From a virus (Duplodnaviria; Caudoviricetes), in IMG/VR virus record IMGVR_UViG_3300045253_000079, positions 1-58,954 of that record: a stretch of DNA of 58,954 nucleotides; one strand, written 5' to 3'. The notes under the pieces were generated by a model. That model did not search any database. It was not told where the DNA came from and was given only the letters and a program-made list of their open reading frames with translations. Below, in pieces: positions 1-8,949 of the stretch; position 1 is the stretch's first letter; each line of letters starts with the position of its first letter. A program made the translations under genes and the position numbers.

Positions 1-127
1 GGGGGGCGGGGGCGGGGGTCCGAAGTCGGCCCGAAGCAGCGGGATTGCGGACACGGGACTCTCCGGGCGGCACGAGGGTGGTGTATAAGCTACTCGCACA
101 GACCCGGTTGAGACAACCATGGAACCT
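1..127. repeat. 127-bp terminal direct repeat (identical to 58828-58954); circular-assembly overlap
   Basis: Bases 1-127 (gggggg...ggaacct) match 58828-58954 exactly. 127 is a common assembler k-mer, and the repeat cuts into the portal and terS genes. Confidence 0.95.
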
Positions 128-631
128 GCACTGCGCCGCACACCGATGGACGTCGGGATCGAAGATGGGTTTTTCCGGCGCCGCGCCTACGAGCTCGCCA
201 CCGACATCGTACTGGAGCTCGACAGCCCCGAGAACCTCGCAAAGTCCTATGGCGTAACCGAGGAACAGTGGCCTGTGGTGCGGGACTGGCCCGCCTTCCG
301 GCACATGGTCGCCAAGGCTGTCGAGGAGCTCTCCGGGCCGCTGGGCGTCGCCGAGCGCGCTCGCCGGCAGGCAAAACTGGCGATCTCCGAGTTCGGCGTC
401 CACGACATGGCCGTGCTCATGGGAGACCCCAAAGTCCTCCCTCGCGACCGGATCAGCGCGTTCGACACGCTCAAGGACGTCGCCGGCCTGACGAGCAAGG
501 GCTCGGCTGCCGCGGTCAACAACGCCTCCGCTGGCCCCCTGATCCAGATCTTCTTCCCAGATGGCCGCCAGTTCGACGTGAACCTGCCGCGCCCCGCTCC
601 CGCGATCGAGGGCGAGGCGACCCGTGAGTAA
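119..631 (+). CDS. terS: probable terminase small subunit
   Basis: 170-aa mostly helical ORF that overlaps the start of the large terminase; call is positional. Confidence 0.65.
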   Translation: MEPALRRTPMDVGIEDGFFRRRAYELATDIVLELDSPENLAKSYGVTEEQWPVVRDWPAFRHMVAKAVEELSGPLGVAERARRQAKLAISEFGVHDMAVLMGDPKVLPRDRISAFDTLKDVAGLTSKGSAAAVNNASAGPLIQIFFPDGRQFDVNLPRPAPAIEGEATRE

Positions 632-2021
632 GATCTACCGGCCGGCGCCGACCATCGCCAAGTTCCTCCTGTGTCGGAAGAAAGAACAGTTCCTGCTCGG
701 CCCGCTGGGCGGCGGCAAGACCACTGCGGTGCTGATGAAGATCCTCGCACTCTCACAGATGCAGGCGCCCAACACGGTGGGCGTACGCCGCACGCGCTTT
801 GCCGTGGTGCGCAACACCCGACCGCAGTTGCGCGACTCCGTGCTCAAGACCGTGTTCGACTGGCTGCCACCCGACGGCAACATGATCGAGTGGCGCGAGA
901 CCGAGATGAACCTGACGATCCGGATGAACCTGCCGGACGACACCCGCTCGGAGTGCGAGCTGATGTTCCGCCCGCTCGATGACGAGAACGACGCCCGGCG
1001 CCTGCTCTCCGTGGAGTACACGGGCGCGTGGTTGTCCGAGTTCCGCGAGATCCCGTTCGCCCTGCTCAACCCGGTGCTCTCGCGCACCAGCCGCTTCCCG
1101 TCCGACAGCGACGGCGGCCCGACGTGGCACGGCGTGCTGGGAGAGTCGAACATGCCCACGCGCGGAAGCGAGTGGCACCGGTTCCTCGAAGTGGAGCGCC
1201 CGGACTTCGTTGAACGCTTCATCCAGCCGTCAGGGCTCTCGCCCACCGCGGAGAATCGCGACCACCTCAGCGACCCGGACTACTACACGGACCTCGTAGC
1301 CGGCGCTCCCAGCCAGAACTGGGTCAAGGCGCACATCACGTGCGAGTACCCGGACTCGCTGGACGGCAAGGCCGTGCACGGCGCCACGTACGACTTCGAC
1401 CGGCACGTGGCAAAGGCGCCGTTCTCGCCGTTCCCGTCGGGCACGATCCTTATGGGCGTCGATCAGGGGCGCTCACCGGCAGCGGTGTTCGCGCAGGTGC
1501 ACCCGAGTGGTCAGCTGTTCGTCGTCGCCGAAGCCTGCGGCTCGAACATGGGCATGGAGAAGTTCGGGGCAGACATACTGCGCCCACTGGTCAACAAGCT
1601 ATTCATCGGCCTGCCGATCCTCGCCGTCATCGACCCGGCTGGTTTCCGCAAGACCGAGGTCAACGACGACACCCCTGCCGATGCACTCAAGCGTCTGGGC
1701 TTCCGGGTCATCAAAGCCCCGACCAACGCACTCGATCGTCGGCTCGAAGCTGTAGATCGCATGCTCCTCAAACACAACGGCCTCCTGATCAATCCGACGT
1801 GCACGCTGCTGATCAACGCACTCGCCGCCGACTACCGGTTCCGGACCAAGAAAAACGGGGAGCTTGAGGACATCCCGGAGAAGAAGCATCCGGTCAGCGA
1901 CCTGTGCGACTCGCTGCAGTACCTGTGCCTGATCGCGGCGGGTGAAAACTACGGGCGCGTGATGCGCCGGTTCACCCCCGGAGTGACGGCGAGTGCACCG
2001 CCATCCGGGGGCTGGACCTGA
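624..2021 (+). CDS. terL: terminase large subunit
   Basis: Walker A GPLGGGKTT, VVRNTRPQLRDS motif, Walker B-like WLSEFRE, nuclease-domain MGVDQG and C-terminal HPVSDLCDSLQY. Confidence 0.93.
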   Translation: MSKIYRPAPTIAKFLLCRKKEQFLLGPLGGGKTTAVLMKILALSQMQAPNTVGVRRTRFAVVRNTRPQLRDSVLKTVFDWLPPDGNMIEWRETEMNLTIRMNLPDDTRSECELMFRPLDDENDARRLLSVEYTGAWLSEFREIPFALLNPVLSRTSRFPSDSDGGPTWHGVLGESNMPTRGSEWHRFLEVERPDFVERFIQPSGLSPTAENRDHLSDPDYYTDLVAGAPSQNWVKAHITCEYPDSLDGKAVHGATYDFDRHVAKAPFSPFPSGTILMGVDQGRSPAAVFAQVHPSGQLFVVAEACGSNMGMEKFGADILRPLVNKLFIGLPILAVIDPAGFRKTEVNDDTPADALKRLGFRVIKAPTNALDRRLEAVDRMLLKHNGLLINPTCTLLINALAADYRFRTKKNGELEDIPEKKHPVSDLCDSLQYLCLIAAGENYGRVMRRFTPGVTASAPPSGGWT

Positions 2022-2162
2022 TCAGCACTTCTTCTTGACCTTGCCACCCTCGGCATAGCCGGGCTGCATGCCCGGAGGCATTCCACCGGGAGCGGGCATC
2101 GCACCTTTCTTCATGAACTGCGGCGGCATCTTTTTGCCGGGCTTTTTGCTGGCCTTGCTCAC
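2022..2162 (-). CDS. small basic K/P/G/M-rich peptide with YAEGGKV motif (46 aa)
   Basis: GTG start overlaps the upstream stop, with GGAGGT SD; sequence MSKASKKPGKKMPPQFMKKG...YAEGGKVKKKC. Confidence 0.6.
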   Translation of the reverse strand: MSKASKKPGKKMPPQFMKKGAMPAPGGMPPGMQPGYAEGGKVKKKC

Positions 2163-2404
2163 TGGATCACCTCCTTCACCGCGGGGAACTCTTTGCGCTT
2201 GATGCGCTTGAGGGTGTTGATCGCATCCTGCAGCATGTGGATCTGCGCGTCGAACTCTGCAGCACAGCGATGTGGCATGGAGGTGGCGATGTACGGAGCG
2301 GATCCGCCGCGACTGCACGAGATCACGATCACGTCCTTGCTGGCGTGGACCTTCGCCGCTTCCAGCACGCGCTTGGCTGGGAGCCGTCCGCGCGTTGCAC
2401 TCAC
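2159..2404 (-). CDS. hypothetical protein (81 aa)
   Basis: GTGA-coupled to both neighbours in the minus-strand operon. Confidence 0.55.
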   Translation of the reverse strand: MSATRGRLPAKRVLEAAKVHASKDVIVISCSRGGSAPYIATSMPHRCAAEFDAQIHMLQDAINTLKRIKRKEFPAVKEVIQ

Positions 2405-2586
2405 GATGCAGCGATGGCGTTCTGCGGATGTGCGGCATTCCAACCCGCCACCGCGTCCGCAAACTCAGCCTGTGCTTGGTCAAGCGTTTCGGGCGATGCC
2501 GAACCGACGACCCCTTTGATCTGTTCGAGGATGCCCGGCAGTTGCGCGCCGAGGGTCAGGAGCTGCGCGAGGAGGGCTGCGTTCAT
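2401..2586 (-). CDS. small hypothetical protein in lysis cassette (61 aa)
   Basis: ATGA coupling to the upstream lipoprotein gene; amphipathic N-terminus. Confidence 0.6.
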   Translation of the reverse strand: MNAALLAQLLTLGAQLPGILEQIKGVVGSASPETLDQAQAEFADAVAGWNAAHPQNAIAAS

Positions 2587-2789
2587 GGCTGCTTCCCCTT
2601 GGGCATGCAGGCGGGCGATAGGCCGGCGATCAGCGCGTTCACGTCGGCGGTTTCCTTGGCCGACAGGTGCGGCGCGGCGATGGTGCCGATCTTGATGGCG
2701 ACGGCTGCGTCATGGCAGACCTTGGTCTGGGTGTTGGCAGCGCAGCTGGCGAGCAGCAGGATCAGCGGTAGGAAAAAATAACGCTTCAT
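2583..2789 (-). CDS. lipoprotein, spanin-like candidate
   Basis: MKRYFFLPLILLLASC is a signal peptide with a lipobox (LASC); lies just downstream of the holin. Confidence 0.65.
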   Translation of the reverse strand: MKRYFFLPLILLLASCAANTQTKVCHDAAVAIKIGTIAAPHLSAKETADVNALIAGLSPACMPKGKQP

Positions 2790-2790
2790 C

Positions 2791-3096
2791 TTACTTTTCT
2801 CCGTTGGGTGGATCGCTGGGGATACTACTCCCATCTTCGGGCGGTGTCTGCACGACAACGCGCCCAACGATCCCAAGCACCAACTCGAACACCACGACTA
2901 CGGCAAACACCCAGTGCGGAACCGCGTCGCGCCACTCGGCGGGCAGACTTGCCCACGCAGTAACGGTGGCAGCAGCCAACGACATGGAGCGCGTGCTGGC
3001 CCACTTCCACGCATCCCTCCAGTCCACGACGACGCGCGGGCTGGCGTCGAGCTTCGCAGCGATCTTGTCGGTGAGTTTCGGCGGGATCATGTTCAT
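2791..3096 (-). CDS. putative holin
   Basis: 101 aa, two hydrophobic segments, DWRDAWKWAS...WASLP pattern seen in small phage holins, next to a peptidoglycan enzyme. Confidence 0.7.
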   Translation of the reverse strand: MNMIPPKLTDKIAAKLDASPRVVVDWRDAWKWASTRSMSLAAATVTAWASLPAEWRDAVPHWVFAVVVVFELVLGIVGRVVVQTPPEDGSSIPSDPPNGEK

Positions 3097-3497
3097 GCTT
3101 TCACCACTTCCAGCACGCGGACGTCGCTGTCGGCGATCGCTTGCCTTGCGACGCGGTTGAGGATAACGCAGCCTTCGGACGCCTGCCCCGAGCGCGGCGG
3201 CGAGAGGTCGCCGTGGATCATGAACGCGCTGCGGCCGTGCATGTCGTTCTCAGCGTGCGGAGTCAGGTGCATCGCGATCGGCCCCTTGTGCGGGTCGTGG
3301 AACGCCGGCTCGATGGTGTAGAGGCCGGCCGGGATCGGACCCAGCGCGTGCAGCGTCTGATCGGCGGAGCGGTTGCGGTGGTCGTTCGGACCACCCGTTG
3401 GCAGCACTCCGTCCCAGTGCCCAGAGTAGCCGAAGGCGAGCAGGCCGCCGTCCGGGCGGAACATCCGGCCTGTGTTTTGTTCGTAGCGCCAGTTCAA
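3093..3497 (-). CDS. Tlde1/DUF2778-like L,D-transpeptidase-fold protein, probable endolysin
   Basis: GYSG, GPIPAGLYTI, GRSAFMIHGD and SEGCVIL motifs with the catalytic H...C pair; sits directly before the holin. Confidence 0.75.
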   Translation of the reverse strand: MNWRYEQNTGRMFRPDGGLLAFGYSGHWDGVLPTGGPNDHRNRSADQTLHALGPIPAGLYTIEPAFHDPHKGPIAMHLTPHAENDMHGRSAFMIHGDLSPPRSGQASEGCVILNRVARQAIADSDVRVLEVVKA

Positions 3498-3850
3498 TTC
3501 GAACCTCCTACTGCTCGGCTGGGCGGCGGCGATTCGACCGACTCAATCGCGCGAATGCGAAGCTCCAATGACTCGTTCCTATGCTTCAAGTCCTCCAGTT
3601 GGCTGATGACTTGGTACTGCAGCCGAGTGTTGATGTCTTTGACATCACTTCCGAGCGTGTCCAGCTTGGCATTGGTTGTAGCGTTGGTCTTGAGCTGCTC
3701 GTTCAGCCCAGCTCGAATATCGTCGTTCGACTGCCGAGCGAAGAACACGATCAGCCCGAGCATGATCGGGACTATGAACCGCGTGATGCCCTTTGCCCAG
3801 CTGCTCTCAACTGCGTGCTCGAACGTGGTTTCGTCCTTATTATCAGTCAT
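3494..3850 (-). CDS. single-TM coiled-coil membrane protein (lysis-associated)
   Basis: One TM segment (FIVPIMLGLIVFFA) followed by a heptad-rich region. Confidence 0.6.
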   Translation of the reverse strand: MTDNKDETTFEHAVESSWAKGITRFIVPIMLGLIVFFARQSNDDIRAGLNEQLKTNATTNAKLDTLGSDVKDINTRLQYQVISQLEDLKHRNESLELRIRAIESVESPPPSRAVGGSN

Positions 3851-3865
3851 GGCAGGCCTCCTTTG

Positions 3866-4837
3866 TCAGTTGCCCATGCCCATCATCATCGCGCTGCGTC
3901 CCTGCGACGCGTAGCTGATCACGATGATGCCTTGTCCACCGAGGCCTCCTGTTCCTGCCGTGGTCGGCGTGGAGCCGCCGCCAGCTCCTGCTGCACCGTA
4001 GGTTCCACCGTTGCCGCCGTTGCCGGAAATGGCTTGACCAGCGCCGCCACCGCCGCCACCGCAGGCACCGTGCGTGCTATCCCATGCGGTATCGCAACCG
4101 CCGTTCGCGCCGTTCGCATGCGTGCCTGCCGTGTTCTCGCCACCACCGCCACCACCGCCCACCGTGCCGTCGGTGGCGTCCGTAGTCGTCGTCGCACCGG
4201 CACCGCTGCCAGCACCCGACGTGCCGTTGCCGCCCACGCCGCCGACAGTGGACGACCCAACCGCGCCGACCGATGAAGTGCCTCCGTTCGAACCGCTGCC
4301 ACCCGGGGCGCCGACGTTGGAGTTGGAGTTGGTGCCAGCGCGGCAGATGCCAGTCGGACCCGGTGCGCCCGCGCCTGAGCCACCGGGCTTCGTCGGCGTT
4401 GCGGCACCGTTGCCACCGATGCATCCAGCGCGCGTGGTCGTGCCTGTTCCATTGGTGCCGCCACTACCGCGAGATGACGTGACCGCGTTCGCGCCACCGT
4501 GGCACAAGAGAACATTCGTGCCCTGCGCGTTGGTCAGGTAGGTGTCAGCTGCCGTGCCGTGCGTGGCGACCGTGACGGTGAGGACTGCGCCAATTGGGAA
4601 CTGTGCCGCGACGAGCTGGCTCCAACCGCCTGAGCCGCCGCCGCTACCGGAACTGGTATTGATGACGCCAGCCGAGCCGTCGCCGCCCGCACCGAGGCAG
4701 TCAATCGTGCTGGTGCCGTTGTTCCAGTCGTAGGGGACCGTCCACGTTCCGGTGGCGGTAACGAAGGTCGTGCCGGCGAACGCAGGCGCGGTCAGCAGGC
4801 CGATGGTCAGGAGTGCGGCTTTCAGGAAGGCGCGCAT
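3866..4837 (-). CDS. glycine-rich protein with N-terminal signal peptide
   Basis: MRAFLKAALLTIGLLTAPAFA signal, then TGTWTVP...GAGG...GGQGIIVISY as in phage glycine-rich tail domains. Confidence 0.75.
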   Translation of the reverse strand: MRAFLKAALLTIGLLTAPAFAGTTFVTATGTWTVPYDWNNGTSTIDCLGAGGDGSAGVINTSSGSGGGSGGWSQLVAAQFPIGAVLTVTVATHGTAADTYLTNAQGTNVLLCHGGANAVTSSRGSGGTNGTGTTTRAGCIGGNGAATPTKPGGSGAGAPGPTGICRAGTNSNSNVGAPGGSGSNGGTSSVGAVGSSTVGGVGGNGTSGAGSGAGATTTTDATDGTVGGGGGGGENTAGTHANGANGGCDTAWDSTHGACGGGGGGAGQAISGNGGNGGTYGAAGAGGGSTPTTAGTGGLGGQGIIVISYASQGRSAMMMGMGN

Positions 4838-4838
4838 G

Positions 4839-5903
4839 TCAGCGATACAGGAAGTTGGCGGTCATCAGCGTACCGCACGCCGTGGACCCGCCATCGGTCG
4901 TGGTTTCAGCCGCTGTGATCGCCGTTGAAAACAGGATGCCGAACGGGAACGAGACGTTCGCGCCGCCGTTGGCCGGAATCGGGATGTCCAGCTTGTTTGC
5001 CGTGGTGCCGACCGTGACCGAGCCCGTCGCCAAGTCCCATAGCTGGACATGGCAAACCGTCGCGTTCGGGTTGTAGATGATGTAGCCGTAAAGCTGGCCA
5101 GGCAACGCATCGACGGCGGTAGCCGTGTTGGTGAGCGTGACGGAGTGGAACGTGGAAGCGCCGCCCGTGGTGGCCGCGTCCGCGACGACATGGCCGATCT
5201 GGTTCGTGCCGGCCGGGGTCGCACCCGCAACCGATGTAGCGATGGCTGCGAGCGAGGCGTTGCCGGTCACCTGCGTCGCTTCCAGCGCCAGCGCGGATGT
5301 GTTGAGGTTGATGCCGGCGTTCGCGGTGACGGTGCCGGACACAGGTTGAGTTACCTGCCAGAACGTTCCGCTCACTGGCTGCGTGACCGCCGAGCCGTCC
5401 ACCTTCCACGCGGTCGTGTTCGCCGTGTTTCCGGGTTGGACGGTAAACGTCCCCGACTGGGTGACGGGCACCGCAGACTGGTTGCTCGCGATCGCCACCG
5501 GCAAGCTATTCGCCATGGTGGCCTGCCCCAGCGCTGGAACAGCGCCGCTGGCAGGCGTGGGACCGAGGTCCGCCACGGCGCCGAGGCTCACTCCCGACGT
5601 GCTGATGTCAGCACGTTTGACCCGGTACGTGCCCGGCGTGGTCATGGTGTACGTGGGATTGGTTCCCGTGAGGTCAGCGACCTTCACCTCGGTGCTCGCA
5701 CCGACGAAGTACACCGTAAGTTTTACCTGCGAAGGCGTCGTCTCACCGTATCGAGTGATCGTACCTGTGCTGATGTTCGTCACATCGCTCGACGTCGCAG
5801 CCGACTGGCCCGTGGCGAGGATCGTGGTCTGTGCGAACGCCTGCCCACACAACGTGAGCAGCGCGAGGAAGATTGGAAGCAGCCAGCGGGTGCGCACGTT
5901 CAT
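4839..5903 (-). CDS. Thr/Ala-rich beta-strand fibre-like protein with signal peptide
   Basis: ATG 5903 with GAGGA SD; MNVRTRWLLPIFLALLTLCGQAFA signal; repeated VTQPVSGT; C-terminal GQLYGYIIYNPN domain. Confidence 0.7.
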   Translation of the reverse strand: MNVRTRWLLPIFLALLTLCGQAFAQTTILATGQSAATSSDVTNISTGTITRYGETTPSQVKLTVYFVGASTEVKVADLTGTNPTYTMTTPGTYRVKRADISTSGVSLGAVADLGPTPASGAVPALGQATMANSLPVAIASNQSAVPVTQSGTFTVQPGNTANTTAWKVDGSAVTQPVSGTFWQVTQPVSGTVTANAGINLNTSALALEATQVTGNASLAAIATSVAGATPAGTNQIGHVVADAATTGGASTFHSVTLTNTATAVDALPGQLYGYIIYNPNATVCHVQLWDLATGSVTVGTTANKLDIPIPANGGANVSFPFGILFSTAITAAETTTDGGSTACGTLMTANFLYR

Positions 5904-5926
5904 GGTCTTTCCTCGGTCATCGGGCT

Positions 5927-6664
5927 TCATTGGACGGTAATGCCGCGTGCCAGCATGCGGGCCTTGCTATGCGTGTAGCACGTTGCGAGATCCGCAGCCG
6001 TGAGCGCCACGTCGTAGACAGCGAACTCCGCGAAGTCGAGAGCGTTGGTGTTCGCCGCAGAGAAGCCCGTGTTGCCCAAGCCAACAGTGAACGCGGACGG
6101 CACGTACGTTCCCGACGTGTCGGTCGTGGTCGTGCTCTGCCCACCGATGCTGGTGATCAACCGCTTCGGCGAGACCGACATGTCGATGGATGCCGCGGCA
6201 AAGTACCAGTTGCCCGCAACGATGGTGGAGCCGTTGACCACCGACGTGAAGATGTTCTTGTAGGTCGCGTTGACCGCCGCGTTGTTGAGGATCAGCAGGC
6301 CGCCCGAGGGACCCGTGGAGTCGTAGGAACCAAACAACTGGCGATTGGCCACGAGGGTCGGCGCGCGGAAAACAACGATCGCCGTCCGCGTCGCAGCCAG
6401 CACGTCGGGCAGATCGGTCAGCAGCGCGTTCCCGTTCGAGTTCGTTTGCGAGAGGTAGTTCGACGAGTGCGTCGGACTCGCGGACTGCGGCGTCAACACC
6501 TTCGCCCGGTTGCGCCCGGTCAGGTTCCCCGAGTTGCCCTTGTCGAAGATCCAGTGCTCGTAAGCCGTGGGATCGTTGTCGGTGTAGTAATCGAAATCCG
6601 TACGTGCCACGCGCGGCAGCGTCTGGTTTGCAGCCAGTACGGGCACCACCTGAATGATGGACAT
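5927..6664 (-). CDS. LamG/concanavalin-like domain tail-associated protein
   Basis: AGNWYFAAAS and DFAEFAVYDVALTAADL resemble LamG-type motifs; follows the tail fibre gene. Confidence 0.55.
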   Translation of the reverse strand: MSIIQVVPVLAANQTLPRVARTDFDYYTDNDPTAYEHWIFDKGNSGNLTGRNRAKVLTPQSASPTHSSNYLSQTNSNGNALLTDLPDVLAATRTAIVVFRAPTLVANRQLFGSYDSTGPSGGLLILNNAAVNATYKNIFTSVVNGSTIVAGNWYFAAASIDMSVSPKRLITSIGGQSTTTTDTSGTYVPSAFTVGLGNTGFSAANTNALDFAEFAVYDVALTAADLATCYTHSKARMLARGITVQ

Positions 6665-6666
6665 GG

Positions 6667-8916
6667 TTATTCCCCTACTGGGACGATGTTGAGGATCGAA
6701 TGCGGCGCGAAGTTGTAGAGCGGGTACACGGTGCCTTGGATCGTGATCGTTTCAACCGCGCTATCGCGCAGGTTGCCAGCCGCCATGCTGACCGAGACCT
6801 GATTCAGCGCAAGGTAGTCGTAGCCGTAGCGCAGCGTGGACGCGCCGACCGGCGTGGTCGCAAGGTTCAGGATCACGTCCGTGCCGTCGATGTCGACGCT
6901 GTTGATGACCACGGTGCCGATGGTGTCCACCACCCGGAAGCCGTAGCCCGTAACCGCGCTGACGATGCTCGTGTCGATCGCCAGCGGGAGCGTCGGCACG
7001 TCGTAGCGTGCGCGAACCGTGTTGCCGCGCAGCGTTGCGGAGACAGGGTTGAGCCACTTCGGCTTCGTGCCCTTGATGACGAGCTGCTGGTACGCGCGCC
7101 CGACATATGCCCCGAACCACTTGTAGCCGACCGCTGAAAAGTGCAGGTTGCTCGAAGTGTTGCGCGGGAAGATATAGGTCGGCGACACGAGAACAAACCG
7201 GTTGTTCGTCTGCGCGAGATTCAGCTGCGCTTCGGCGACGTGCGGGTTCGACGTGATGTAGGGACTGAGCTGGTAGGTCAGGAAGTACACCGGTCCGCTC
7301 TGCCCGCTGATCGCCTTCGCATCCGTCTCAACGTCAATCTGCAGCTGGTTGAGCGCGGCCCTGTAGGCAGCGTAAGTCGTCCCGGCAGCGCCGTCCTGCT
7401 CGCCCTGCTCCCACGCGACGACCTGCAGCGCATAGCTGGCGTTGAGAGCCTTCGCACCGCTGATGTGCGGGAGCAGGCTCGATGTGTACCACGCGCTTCC
7501 CTTGGCCAGCTGTGAGATCGCATAACCGCCGTGGCCGGCCGCCGACGCAAGGATGATGTGGTCAGCCGGCTGCGCACCCGCAGCGACATTCAGCGTCACG
7601 GCGAAGTTCGCCGCACCCGAGCACAGGGTCTCGCCGTTCTCCGACGACCCGTCCGGCGTCGGCACGACAGCGTCTTCGACCAGCGGCTTGAACGCGGTGA
7701 AGTCGTAGGCCGAGCCCGTCCACGCGCGCGGGCCGCCGTTGAAGGTGACGTTCGAGTACGGCTGCGTCGTGCTGATCGCCGTGACCGCCCAACCGCCCAT
7801 CGACAGGGATTGTCCATAGGCAAGGATGTGGTTGATCGCACGCGCGACCGGAAGATCGGCGCCGGTCAGCGGCGTCAGCGCCGCTGCCTGTGGCCACGTC
7901 AAGCCCGACCCCACGAGCCGCCCCTTGCTAACGTCGTACGCCAGCAGCGGACGCAGCTGGTAGTCAGAGAACATCGGATAGAGGCTGGGAGACCCGCTGT
8001 ACTTCGGCGGCAGGCTCGGGTTGATATACCCCTGCACGTTCGCACTGGTCACCACCCCGTCGCCCACCACCGAGCGCGCCGCGGTGTCGTAGCCGAGCAG
8101 CACGCGCAGCTGGTAGTCGACCATCAGCGGGTACACCGTCCCGGCCGGCGCTGCGCTGCGCGCACCGATATTCAACGCCCGCACCGACGCCGCGGTCAGC
8201 ACCACCTCGTCCGCAGCCAGCTGGCTCGCCAGCGTCGTGGTACGATCCGCCGACTGCTGCCAGCTCCCCGCATCCACCGCCCCGAGCTTGATGTACAGCC
8301 CATCGTTCGCAACGGTGCCGTCGTTGGTGACGAACGCGAGCGTCCCGGCGGCATGGTGCAGGTCGGCGTTCATCGCCGCCACGCTCACGAACCCGATCGC
8401 CCCGGCCGCCTGCGCCGCTTGGACGGTACGCGCCAGCGCCAGCGCCGCGTTCGCCGCGTCGATCGCCGCCTGCTCACCGAGCTGCGCCGCGGTCGCGAGC
8501 GTGTTCACAGCCGCAATCGCTGCCATCGACGGCACCTTCACGTCGATGTCGACCTCGCGCAGGTACGGGGTGAACTGTGCGTTCATGGCCTCGGCGTGCG
8601 GCCACGTGTTCAGGTTGATGCTACCGGCGTCGAACGGCACCGTGATGTAGTACGGGGTCTGGCCCCCCTCGATCAGCTCGGTGACGCGGTAGGCCCACCC
8701 ACGCACTGCGATCACAGGGTCGTCGGTGGCCGGCAGCACGACCGAGAGCACGCCCGCCACCAGCTGCCCCACGATCCGGGTGGCCAGCACGACACCGCCC
8801 GGCAGGCCCTCGATCTGCGGCGACTCGAACACCACCGTGCCGCGCGCAGGCTGGCTGTCGCGGCGGTAGTAGGTCGCGGTGATCGGTACTTGGGTCCAGC
8901 TGGGCGGGAAGGTCAT
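6667..8916 (-). CDS. tail fibre/tailspike with SGNH (sialate O-acetylesterase-like) esterase domain
   Basis: GQSLS, AWEQGEQDG and late LHF motifs match the SGNH/SASA pattern; N-terminus resembles a tail-attachment domain. Confidence 0.75.
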   Translation of the reverse strand: MTFPPSWTQVPITATYYRRDSQPARGTVVFESPQIEGLPGGVVLATRIVGQLVAGVLSVVLPATDDPVIAVRGWAYRVTELIEGGQTPYYITVPFDAGSINLNTWPHAEAMNAQFTPYLREVDIDVKVPSMAAIAAVNTLATAAQLGEQAAIDAANAALALARTVQAAQAAGAIGFVSVAAMNADLHHAAGTLAFVTNDGTVANDGLYIKLGAVDAGSWQQSADRTTTLASQLAADEVVLTAASVRALNIGARSAAPAGTVYPLMVDYQLRVLLGYDTAARSVVGDGVVTSANVQGYINPSLPPKYSGSPSLYPMFSDYQLRPLLAYDVSKGRLVGSGLTWPQAAALTPLTGADLPVARAINHILAYGQSLSMGGWAVTAISTTQPYSNVTFNGGPRAWTGSAYDFTAFKPLVEDAVVPTPDGSSENGETLCSGAANFAVTLNVAAGAQPADHIILASAAGHGGYAISQLAKGSAWYTSSLLPHISGAKALNASYALQVVAWEQGEQDGAAGTTYAAYRAALNQLQIDVETDAKAISGQSGPVYFLTYQLSPYITSNPHVAEAQLNLAQTNNRFVLVSPTYIFPRNTSSNLHFSAVGYKWFGAYVGRAYQQLVIKGTKPKWLNPVSATLRGNTVRARYDVPTLPLAIDTSIVSAVTGYGFRVVDTIGTVVINSVDIDGTDVILNLATTPVGASTLRYGYDYLALNQVSVSMAAGNLRDSAVETITIQGTVYPLYNFAPHSILNIVPVGE

Positions 8917-8949
8917 GGAGGGCTCCGGGTGGCGGGGTCACCCCCGGAG

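Noticed and set aside
1-127. Biological direct terminal repeat
   Set aside because: The length equals a standard assembler k-mer and it cuts through the portal and terS starts, so it is more likely a circular overlap.
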